Origin: a virus
DNA length: 44,997 nt
Direction: 5' to 3' (one strand)
Virus record (IMG/VR): IMGVR_UViG_3300045988_058486
Coordinates: 1-44,997 of that record
Below the pieces are notes generated by a model, which saw nothing but the letters and a program-made list of their open reading frames with translations, made no database searches and was not told where the DNA came from. The position numbers and the translations under genes are program-made. Positions 33,963 through 41,340 of the stretch are shown here, piece after piece; the first letter of the stretch is position 1, and each line of letters starts with the position of its first letter.

Positions 33963-34535
33963 TTATTTATAGCTCTCCTGATTCGCTCCTTTCCCTTTGG
34001 AAGGGGTGGTGATTGCTTTTTCGACACTCCATCCAAGAGAATACACTCGGTTATACACAGTGTTGTAGTTAATCCCTACTTTTTCGCACTTACTTCTGAG
34101 CGAATTTGAGTTTACTTTTAACGGCTCTGATAGTGCCTTTTCAACGCTCCACCCATGCTTAATGCGGAAGTGCACTTGCTTATATGGTAACCCGGCTATT
34201 TCTGCTGCCTCAGCAAGGGACATTGTTCTCCCTTGGTATTCCACCCACCTTGTTGTCCGCCGGTTTCTTGCTTGTTCCGCAAGTGGAATCCATGTACAAT
34301 TTTCTGGGCAGTAATTCCCGTTGACATCCTTTCGTTCTATCGTAAGCCCTTCTTTGTACCCATTTGCAAACGCCCAATCCCGGAAATTTTCAAATATTGC
34401 CCACTCCGTACACACGGATATACCGCGCTTCCCGTATTTTTCTGAATGAACATGGTTCGGATTACACCTGTTGTTCATGCCACACCATATATCATGAATT
34501 GGTGTATGGCTCATCCCGTGCCGTTTCCCAGACAT
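33963..34535 (-). CDS. AP2/HNH-associated-type DNA-binding protein (homing-endonuclease-like free-standing gene)
   Basis: IWCGMNNRCNPNHVHSEKYGKRGISVCTEW...LTIERKDVNGNYCPENCTW, plus two repeats of the GWSVEKA motif. Low-GC segment. Confidence 0.55.
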   Translation of the reverse strand: MSGKRHGMSHTPIHDIWCGMNNRCNPNHVHSEKYGKRGISVCTEWAIFENFRDWAFANGYKEGLTIERKDVNGNYCPENCTWIPLAEQARNRRTTRWVEYQGRTMSLAEAAEIAGLPYKQVHFRIKHGWSVEKALSEPLKVNSNSLRSKCEKVGINYNTVYNRVYSLGWSVEKAITTPSKGKGANQESYK

Positions 34536-34547
34536 AATAAAACCTCC

Positions 34548-36194
34548 TCAAAATGGTCTTTTCATAACTTCCACCTTTGCAAGCCGGAAAGACTCCGAGT
34601 AATCAACCAGCATTGCGATACTGTCAACCACATCATCATTTTTGTTCTTTCCAGCCATTGTGTAGCTGCAAAGCATACTCATAGCCAAGCGGTACTCCTT
34701 GTCTCCCTTATACGCGCTTTCGTCCTTGAAAAGGAAATGTTCTTTCGCATATCCGGCGGCAATAATAATGCGGGTCTCCTTATTCGTTGTGGAGAATTTT
34801 GTGGTGATCTTCGTTCTCCCGCCTTCTTCCTTTACCCGCTTTTGCACATCTGCGGCAATCCGTCCACCGGCGGAATTGCTCTCGAAGCGTGCGGCCTGAA
34901 CCTTGTGCTTCAGCAGCTTTGCCACGAGCCTCGCTTCGACGATCTCCGGGTTGGAATTATCGCAGATAAAATCGTCGATGTAGTAATCATCCCCGTATTG
35001 ATACGCAATCGGCATGGCGCAGTAATCCGTTCCCCTATCTTTCGTATCGCAAACAGCGATAATTGCGTCCGGCTCCTGCTCTGGGAGGTCAAAATAGCGC
35101 CGCAGTTCATTTTCCTGATAGAGCAATCCCATTCTTTCCACTGGTTCGTTCATATACAGCGCCTTCCAGCTTACCGGGTCCATAATGTCCCGCTGCTCCT
35201 GATAGAATTTCGTAGAAAAACCAACTCCGAACTCATAGTCAAAATTGCTCTCATCGTTTTCGTCCATGGCCGGAATGCGAATAAATTTTGCCCTTGGATT
35301 ATTCTCATATTCCCTTTCCAGCCGCCCTATTACGTCATGTACGCTCCACCGTGTGGCAATATGCAGTTCCTTACACTTATCGCCGATTTTCCGTTGCCGA
35401 AGGTCCGTTGTATAGGTCTCCCACAGCTTGTCAAGGCGTTCTTTCGATAGGGCCACTTCGATACCGGACACCAAATCATCACAGTACAGTAGATTCGCAG
35501 CACGGTACAAACCGGCGTTTCCGGTGCCGATGGACGTGAACTCAAGTGTTTCAAAACGCTGCCGCTTGTCAAGGTCAATCCGGCAATCCTTGGCGTTCGT
35601 GCTTGACACCTGAACGGTCGGAAACACGTCCCGCCACAGATATTCCCCTTTGGGGTCAAACAGCCGTAGGCACTCGTCGTAAACGCCTCTAACAAAGGAA
35701 TTGGAATGGCTGCCGGTCAGATTTGGATTGTTTGGGTCCCTACCTGCAATCCAAGTCAAAAGAAAGATTGCAAGCGTACTCTTACCGACACCGGGTGGGA
35801 GGCTCACGGCCAGCAAGTCCAGTTTATCATCCCCGCAAAGTGCCTGCAATGCGTCCGCCACCGGTTTCAGCTGCTTCCGACGGGGCCGGTAGAACCGCTT
35901 CTTCGCCTGCCGGTCCAACTCCATGTACAGCAAGTAGCTATCAAAATCATACGGAGCGTCAAACAGCAGACACCGCCGCCACAACGTATAAAACTTCCCG
36001 ATCGCTTCTTCCGGGACCTTCTCCATCATTTCGGCGCATTTGTCCCGAAGCTGTTTGCTCTCCCTGTGGGCCGCAGCGAAGTCATCCCCGGCCCAATTCA
36101 TGCAGAGCGATAACAGGTCCTCATAAGCCGAAACGTCCGCAGGGCGGCGCTCCATGGCCCCCAGAATGGAAGTTGATATTTCCTGATAATTCAT
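34548..36194 (-). CDS. terL: Terminase large subunit
   Basis: Walker A LPPGVGKST, 548 aa, upstream of the portal gene. ATG lies 6 nt after GGGAGGG. Confidence 0.9.
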   Translation of the reverse strand: MNYQEISTSILGAMERRPADVSAYEDLLSLCMNWAGDDFAAAHRESKQLRDKCAEMMEKVPEEAIGKFYTLWRRCLLFDAPYDFDSYLLYMELDRQAKKRFYRPRRKQLKPVADALQALCGDDKLDLLAVSLPPGVGKSTLAIFLLTWIAGRDPNNPNLTGSHSNSFVRGVYDECLRLFDPKGEYLWRDVFPTVQVSSTNAKDCRIDLDKRQRFETLEFTSIGTGNAGLYRAANLLYCDDLVSGIEVALSKERLDKLWETYTTDLRQRKIGDKCKELHIATRWSVHDVIGRLEREYENNPRAKFIRIPAMDENDESNFDYEFGVGFSTKFYQEQRDIMDPVSWKALYMNEPVERMGLLYQENELRRYFDLPEQEPDAIIAVCDTKDRGTDYCAMPIAYQYGDDYYIDDFICDNSNPEIVEARLVAKLLKHKVQAARFESNSAGGRIAADVQKRVKEEGGRTKITTKFSTTNKETRIIIAAGYAKEHFLFKDESAYKGDKEYRLAMSMLCSYTMAGKNKNDDVVDSIAMLVDYSESFRLAKVEVMKRPF

Positions 36195-36288
36195 GGCGTT
36201 CCCTCCCGATAAAGTAAAAAGGGCCACCCGTGCTTTCGCACAAGCAGCCCTTCGGCTAAGGCTCCCACCTATGGGAGCCTTTATTCAT

Positions 36289-36534
36289 TTACTGTGGTAT
36301 CCCCATGTGGTACAGCTCGTCACACGACAAATCAATGTCCTCATTCCAACTGATTCCATACCCGCCGGGGTCAACCTGAACCGTGTCAAATAGCGCTGGC
36401 TTTTTCAGAGCGAGGAACACCGGAAACCTCGGAAACAGCTGCGAAACATCATATCGTCTGACTTCTCCGTTGACGAACTCCACTCGAAGAAACAGCCCAC
36501 CGTCCGGCTTCACATTTGCGACCTTGTGGAACAT
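36289..36534 (-). CDS. DUF2442-family protein
   Basis: MFHKVANVKPDGGLFLRVEFVNGEVRRYDV...VDPGGYGISWNEDIDLSCDELY is the typical DUF2442 pattern. Confidence 0.7.
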   Translation of the reverse strand: MFHKVANVKPDGGLFLRVEFVNGEVRRYDVSQLFPRFPVFLALKKPALFDTVQVDPGGYGISWNEDIDLSCDELYHMGIPQ

Positions 36535-36544
36535 CAAGACCACC

Positions 36545-36799
36545 TCATTCCAACGGTTCCACCTTTTCAAAATTCTGCGTTTCCCATATTTCCATCAGTT
36601 TGTCTTGGTGCATGACTGCCCATTCCATCACAAGCAGTTTCGCTTTTGGCGGCAAACTGCCGTCGATCATTTTCAGCGTTCGAATATCAAATGCTGAGGC
36701 GTAACTGCCGTAGTAAGCATGAAAATGGGGCGGGTTGTGTTCACCCTGACGAAAATACATCTTAATGGATATGCCGTAAAATGTGGATATTATCGGCAT
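36545..36799 (-). CDS. DUF4160-family protein
   Basis: MPIISTFYGISIKMYFRQGEHNPPHFHAYYG is the hallmark DUF4160 N-terminus. Confidence 0.75.
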   Translation of the reverse strand: MPIISTFYGISIKMYFRQGEHNPPHFHAYYGSYASAFDIRTLKMIDGSLPPKAKLLVMEWAVMHQDKLMEIWETQNFEKVEPLE

Positions 36800-36840
36800 T
36801 TTCGTTACTCCCTTCGGCAATCCCTCCACCCTTGCGGAGG

Positions 36841-37161
36841 TTATTTATTTGTCGCTTTCCTGGCCCGACACTCCCGGATGCGCTGGGCATTCGCCGTCTG
36901 GCTCGGCTCTATCTGCATTCCCCGTTCGTATGGGCTGTTTGCGTTTACGCAGGAGTATGAGATGCCCAGCATCCCGCAAATCTCCTTCTGCGAACGTCCA
37001 TCTTTCAGAAGCGCCCCGATTCGCCTGGTCATCGCCGTCTCAATTTCGCCATGCGTAATCAGGCATTTCCGAACGGTCCCTTCCGATATATCCAGCTCCC
37101 GTGCCGTCTCCCTGATGCTCAGGCGCTTTCTGTATTCCTTCAAAACATCTTCGGTAGTCAT
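36841..37161 (-). CDS. Double-HTH DNA-binding protein (possible second small-terminase-like or regulatory protein)
   Basis: SIRETARELDISEGTVRKCL and SQKEICGMLGISYSCV. ATG follows AGGAGG. Confidence 0.5.
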   Translation of the reverse strand: MTTEDVLKEYRKRLSIRETARELDISEGTVRKCLITHGEIETAMTRRIGALLKDGRSQKEICGMLGISYSCVNANSPYERGMQIEPSQTANAQRIRECRARKATNK

Positions 37162-37246
37162 GGCTGGCCTCCTATTTGTGGTGGAGTAGTCTTTAATCCC
37201 CACTCCCCCGTAAAGGAGAGGGACTGAAGTGGAATGCGGGATGGGG

Positions 37247-37933
37247 CTAGAAATTCGCCATTATTTCATGGTATCGCTGTGATTTCTTGGACAACTCTTC
37301 TTCCTGATTGAGTCCGTTTGTGTACCTCGCAATGACGCGGACATTGGGGTTCCTTTTTGTGGTTATTGTTGCAGCGGTTGCCGAACGGCCAGCAGACGCT
37401 CCAATCAACGCTCCAACATCACCAGCAACAGCCCCGCCAAGAATCGCCCCTCCGATAGAAGGAGTATTCCTTGTTATTGCGGAATATGTGTATATGTCCG
37501 ACCCGTCCTGAACCTTCACCGTGTCAAAGCAGATTTTCCCAGGTTCTATGTTGGCTCCGCATTCAGGGTAGAGTGAAAGAAACATCCTGATAAATGCATC
37601 CCATACACGTTCTTCCGCAATCGGCTGGTGTTCTCCGACACATACACCAGTTGCTCTTGACGCTCTCAAAATAGCCCGAACCCCATTCTTTCCAACGTAG
37701 AAGTGGCATTTGCTCTTTAGAATCGTATGATATGCAGGCTTCCAGCCTTTAGGGATTCGGAATCTACCTACAAAATTACTGTCCGGGCCTTTCGTGCTTC
37801 CTCCGATTTGAAAGATTGTATTCTTGATCGCAGTTGCAGTTTCTTCCGGTGGCATATTCGTTGTGAAGGTAAATAGCATACTACTCATGTACTCAGCGTC
37901 TCCTCCCTTTACGGCCTCTTGGGCCTTTCCCAT
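37247..37933 (-). CDS. Hypothetical protein with a C-terminal glycine-zipper segment
   Basis: GGAILGGAVAGDVGALIGASAG. Low-GC DNA. Confidence 0.5.
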   Translation of the reverse strand: MGKAQEAVKGGDAEYMSSMLFTFTTNMPPEETATAIKNTIFQIGGSTKGPDSNFVGRFRIPKGWKPAYHTILKSKCHFYVGKNGVRAILRASRATGVCVGEHQPIAEERVWDAFIRMFLSLYPECGANIEPGKICFDTVKVQDGSDIYTYSAITRNTPSIGGAILGGAVAGDVGALIGASAGRSATAATITTKRNPNVRVIARYTNGLNQEEELSKKSQRYHEIMANF

Positions 37934-37997
37934 CGTAGTCCTTTAAGAGTTCTCGAAGGACAAATGCCGGTAGCATGATAATCAGTAGCCATTCCAT
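37893..37997 (-). CDS. 34-aa hydrophobic/basic micropeptide ORF
   Basis: MEWLLIIMLPAFVLRELLKDYDGKGPRGRKGRRR. ATG lies 7 nt after AGGAGG and 3 nt after the recombinase stop. Confidence 0.3.
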   Translation of the reverse strand: MEWLLIIMLPAFVLRELLKDYDGKGPRGRKGRRR

Positions 37998-37999
37998 GT

Positions 38000-38776
38000 T
38001 TATTCCTCCTTCAAAATTGGTTCATGCTGGCCAGGAACCCACTCAGCTTCTTTGTTCGACCGTTTCCCATACCGGTACATCCCCTGATAGACCTTCTTGT
38101 TCTCGTAAATCGTCTGAATGGTGCTGATGATAAATGGCTTCCCGCTGCGGTTTACCTTTCCTTCCTGGTTCAGTGCTTCCGCAACCGCCTGATAGGTGAA
38201 ACCTTCGCCATCCTTCAAGCGGAATATCTCTCGGACAACCTCAGCCTCCTCTGGCTCAATGACCATCTGATGGTTTTCAGCTTTGTAGCCAAACGGAGTT
38301 CTACCCCCGCTGTATCCGCCGTTTGCGGACTTTACCGCTCGGCCTCCGCTGGTTCGCTTCGTGATGTTATTCCGTTCCTGCTCCGCCACAAACAGCATCA
38401 GAGCCTTGTAAACATTCCCAAGTCCGGTATCATCATTGACAACTTCCTCTGTGGCGCTTACGAGTTTCATTCCCCGCTTTTCCAGCAGCATCATGAAGTA
38501 ATAGTACAGCTTGATGTCTCTTGCCATACGGTCAGACTTGGCAACTATCACTGCCTCTACAGGGGGATTCTTGATCTCACCGTACAGAATTGCGTCCAGC
38601 TGCGGCCGGTTCTCTTTAACCCCGCTCTCGCCCCGGTCAATGTACCAGTCCATAATGGACATATCGTGCTTTTCACAATATCCGGCAATAATTTCCTTCT
38701 GAGATTCAATGCCGAACTTATCATCCATAGCCTGAGCATCTGTGCTGACCCGGACGTAGGCAATTACGTTTTTCAT
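38000..38776 (-). CDS. Serine recombinase lacking the Zn-ribbon/coiled-coil domain (258 aa)
   Basis: YVRVSTDAQ catalytic motif, SDRMARD, and a recombinase domain. The ORF stops 5 aa after the HEPI motif. Confidence 0.8.
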   Translation of the reverse strand: MKNVIAYVRVSTDAQAMDDKFGIESQKEIIAGYCEKHDMSIMDWYIDRGESGVKENRPQLDAILYGEIKNPPVEAVIVAKSDRMARDIKLYYYFMMLLEKRGMKLVSATEEVVNDDTGLGNVYKALMLFVAEQERNNITKRTSGGRAVKSANGGYSGGRTPFGYKAENHQMVIEPEEAEVVREIFRLKDGEGFTYQAVAEALNQEGKVNRSGKPFIISTIQTIYENKKVYQGMYRYGKRSNKEAEWVPGQHEPILKEE

Positions 38777-38800
38777 ATTGTAGCCTCCGCTGCATTTGAT

Positions 38801-38849
38801 TTACGGTAACATATTATCATAATTACGGCTTAATGTCAATACCGTAATT
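38801..38849 (-). promoter_or_regulatory. Promoter of the recombinase gene with three TTACGG-type sites
   Basis: Minus strand reads AATTACGG..TTGACA-ttaaGCCGTAATTatga-TAATAT-g-TTACCGTAA. Confidence 0.5.
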
Positions 38850-38904
38850 AAAAAAATATGGATTTTTATTTTTGGTTAATTTTTAGAAATAGCTTTACGC
38901 ATCT

Positions 38905-38924
38905 GCGCCCGAAGGGCGCTTTTT
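38905..38924 (+). terminator. Intrinsic-terminator-like hairpin
   Basis: GCGCCC-gaa-GGGCGC followed by TTTTT. Confidence 0.45.
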
Positions 38925-39028
38925 ATAAAATTCATTTTGGGCCTTTTTTATTTTTGCGGGATTTTTTGAATGAAGACATAAGCAGCCGGTTTCCTTTGCC
39001 TGTTCTTTCTTAAATGTAGGCCATTTTA

Positions 39029-39079
39029 TTATCCAAAAATGAGTTCCCCACCTTCATCGTGGATAAATTATTATCCACC
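39029..39079. promoter_or_regulatory. Three TTATCCA(C/A) DnaA-box-like elements, two forming a palindrome
   Basis: TTATCCAAA (39029), TTATCCACG on the minus strand (39058-39066) and TTATCCACC (39071). Confidence 0.3.
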
Positions 39080-39250
39080 TTTTTGGGGAAAGGGGCTTTT
39101 TATTTGTTTGGGTGGTAGAGGGGGTTACTGCCCGGCCCTTGGAAGCCCCCATTCCCCCGCCCCCCGTGCGGTCAAGATCGGCCCGGCCTCAGAACCGGCC
39201 AACCGTGGCCCGGCTCCTGGCGTGCGTAAAATCGGGAAAAGTAAAAATAT

Positions 39251-39313
39251 TTACGGTAAATCTTGAATTTCCTATTGACATTTACGGCAAATCATGATAT
39301 AGTATCACCGTAA
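39251..39313 (+). promoter_or_regulatory. Rightward promoter with three TTACGG-type sites
   Basis: TTACGGTAA..TTGACA-tTTACGGCaaatcaTGa-TATAGT-atcaCCGTAA. Confidence 0.5.
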
Positions 39314-39343
39314 AGCAAAAGCAAGGCGGGAGGAAGTGAGGAA

Positions 39344-39445
39344 ATGAAAATCAAACGCTTAATAAATAGGCTGGTCCAGTGGCTGAAAGCCCACGGGATA
39401 ACCGCCGAACAGATCGCCGATTGCATCGACTACATCACAAAATGA
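39344..39445 (+). CDS. 33-aa ORF (MKIKRLINRLVQWLKAHGITAEQIADCIDYITK)
   Basis: ATG follows GGGAGGAAGTGAGG. First ORF after the promoter. Confidence 0.4.
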   Translation: MKIKRLINRLVQWLKAHGITAEQIADCIDYITK

Positions 39446-39578
39446 AAAGGCCGTCACGGTGCTAGCGTGACAGCCTAAACAAAACCAATAGACCATGGGA
39501 ACGGGCCTCCCGCCTGGCCTGCTCCCATTGTAACCGGCAGGCGGGGAAAAGTCAAGCGAAAATTTAGGAGGAATTACA

Positions 39579-40166
39579 ATGGCTAATCTTTACAATCTCG
39601 ACGGCATCGTCACCGAACTAAGCAAGCGCAACGCGCAGGACCGCGCAATCCTGGCGGCATGGGAAGCGGTAACCTTCCCCACCAAGAAGGATGGAAAGCC
39701 CTTCGCACGGATGGAGCGGAACATCAGCGGTGCGAAGTACGCCGCCGAGGCGTACACCCTGCAGCCGGGTGAAATGGCGGTAACCGTCGCCACCTGGTGC
39801 GCCGAATATGGCGTTGGCTACGTCTCCGACAATTTCCACGCCTACACCACCGCCGACCGCATGACGGACGACCAGAAGGCCAAGCCCGAAAACCTGCTTC
39901 CGAAGGTCCCCGGCCTCAAACAGATTTACTGTTTTGACCTGGACGACATCAAATCCGCCGTTGTGGCCCGGTGTGGCCAACTGCGGGAGCGGATCGCCAA
40001 CCGCGAAAACCAGATCAAGCAAGCGCACGCGGCCTATAGTACATTCTACGCGGCTTATGGGGCCGCCTTGGATCAGCTCGCAGCCATGACAAACAAGGAC
40101 TCCGACGGTGCGACGCTCTACCATGCTATTCTGGACACCGTCACCGCGCGGTATCCGCATTGCTGA
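39579..40166 (+). CDS. Hypothetical protein (195 aa), GC-rich
   Basis: ATG lies 7 nt after AGGAGG; strong GC3 bias. Confidence 0.6.
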   Translation: MANLYNLDGIVTELSKRNAQDRAILAAWEAVTFPTKKDGKPFARMERNISGAKYAAEAYTLQPGEMAVTVATWCAEYGVGYVSDNFHAYTTADRMTDDQKAKPENLLPKVPGLKQIYCFDLDDIKSAVVARCGQLRERIANRENQIKQAHAAYSTFYAAYGAALDQLAAMTNKDSDGATLYHAILDTVTARYPHC

Positions 40167-40182
40167 GAGGGGGCGCGTTAAT

Positions 40183-40389
40183 ATGGCAAGATATATTTGC
40201 ACCGTGCGCAGCCCGTCCACCTATGCGCGGGAGTACACCGTTACGACATCCAGCGCATACAAGGCCGCGCAGGACTTCGGGCGGGGTGAGGGCGGGGAGG
40301 TCGTCGAGATCGTCCGCCCCCGCTCCGGGCGTGTCGTGTCCGCTGCTATGTGGTCCGCTGAGGACCGGCGTTATTATCGGGTATATTGA
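40183..40389 (+). CDS. Hypothetical protein (68 aa)
   Basis: Starts MARYICTVRSPSTYAREYTV; a purine-rich GAGAGGGGG lies upstream. Confidence 0.5.
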   Translation: MARYICTVRSPSTYAREYTVTTSSAYKAAQDFGRGEGGEVVEIVRPRSGRVVSAAMWSAEDRRYYRVY

Positions 40390-40760
40390 TGGGGGGTGCG
40401 GATATGCTTATAACGGATATCGCATGGGCGTCTGTATGCGTCGGAAAAACATCGATAACAGTTAAGCGGCCCGACGGCAAGACTTGCGGAATGGTGCGGG
40501 GCGTGTCCCGTGTGTGCGATTTGCCGCCCCGTATCATGGCCGATATATGGCCCACTGTCAAGCGGTCCGGCGTGTGGGGTACTGCCTACAGTAGGCGGCT
40601 TTTGTATGTGTCCGGGGTGGTGTACTACCTTCACAACCTGCACGGGCTAGAGACACTCCGCAAGTGTGACCCCGGGTGCGCCGCAAAGCTGGACGGATAC
40701 GCAGAAGCAGCGGCGGCCGCCGGTGTCGTGGTTATCCCCTGCGATATAATCAGCGGCTAA
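40389..40760 (+). CDS. Hypothetical protein (about 118-123 aa; a better SD serves the ATG at 40404)
   Basis: In-frame ATGs at 40389 and 40404. GGGGGTG lies 6 nt before 40404. Confidence 0.45.
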   Translation: MGGADMLITDIAWASVCVGKTSITVKRPDGKTCGMVRGVSRVCDLPPRIMADIWPTVKRSGVWGTAYSRRLLYVSGVVYYLHNLHGLETLRKCDPGCAAKLDGYAEAAAAAGVVVIPCDIISG

Positions 40761-40764
40761 CCCC

Positions 40765-40793
40765 TTGACAGCCCGCCGGGCGTGGGCTATAAT
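40765..40793 (+). promoter_or_regulatory. Perfect-consensus sigma-A promoter
   Basis: TTGACA, 17 nt, TATAAT. Confidence 0.6.
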
Positions 40794-40821
40794 CTGTAAT
40801 GCAAGGAGGTGCAATGCTGCT

Positions 40822-40887
40822 ATGTACTGGCTGTTTTTCCTGTTAATCGTTTGTCCGATCATCTTTTTCCATGAGCTTCTCAAGTGA
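40822..40887 (+). CDS. 21-aa hydrophobic micropeptide (MYWLFFLLIVCPIIFFHELLK), type I toxin-like
   Basis: AAGGAGG lies 12 nt upstream. A 10-aa ORF (MLLCTGCFSC) starts at 40814 in another frame. Confidence 0.35.
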   Translation: MYWLFFLLIVCPIIFFHELLK

Positions 40888-40890
40888 CTT

Positions 40891-40924
40891 CGCCGCCTCC
40901 GGTTATTCCGGGGGCGGTGCTTTT
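40891..40924 (+). terminator. Intrinsic terminator 1
   Basis: CCGCCTCCGG-ttatt-CCGGGGGCGG followed by tgcTTTT. Confidence 0.6.
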
Positions 40925-40937
40925 ATATTCCTTCATG

Positions 40938-40969
40938 CTCCCGCCGTCGTGGCGGGGGCTTTTCTTTTT
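40938..40969 (+). terminator. Intrinsic terminator 2 (tandem)
   Basis: CTCCCGCC-gtcgt-GGCGGGGG followed by cTTTTCTTTTT. Confidence 0.55.
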
Positions 40970-41296
40970 CCTGCCTCGTGCCGTGTGGCGTCCTCTGCGC
41001 CTCTCTACGGCGTTTTTCTTTCCGGGTATATACTTTCATTCCCTTTTGCATTTCTTCCAGTGTGCGCCCCGTGTGGCGTTCGTGCGGTTATCCCAGCACA
41101 TTTCCGCCGGGTATATGGTGCTTTCAGCGGCTCTATATCGCACGTTTGCGCCGCTCAGGTATGCCCATAGCCGCCCCATATTGCAGCCCGTGCCGGGCCT
41201 CTGCAGCGCTGCACCGCTCAGGCCGTGGACCGGCTGCGCCCTGGCACCCGCCGCCCCGAAGGGGCCACGCCTCAGGCCGTCCCGGTTTCGGAGTGC

Positions 41297-41340
41297 AAAA
41301 AGCCGCCGATCTCCATTTCGGGGACCGGCGGTGAGTTTTT
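41297..41340. terminator. Bidirectional intrinsic terminator in non-coding DNA downstream of terS
   Basis: AAAAA-GCCGCCGaTCTCC-atttc-GGGGAcCGGCGGT-gag-TTTTT. Confidence 0.5.

Noticed and set aside
39029-39079. Calling the TTATCCA cluster a definite DnaA-dependent origin
   Set aside because: There are only three boxes, two of which form a simple palindrome that could equally be a repressor operator. It is kept as a low-confidence hypothesis rather than an annotated origin.
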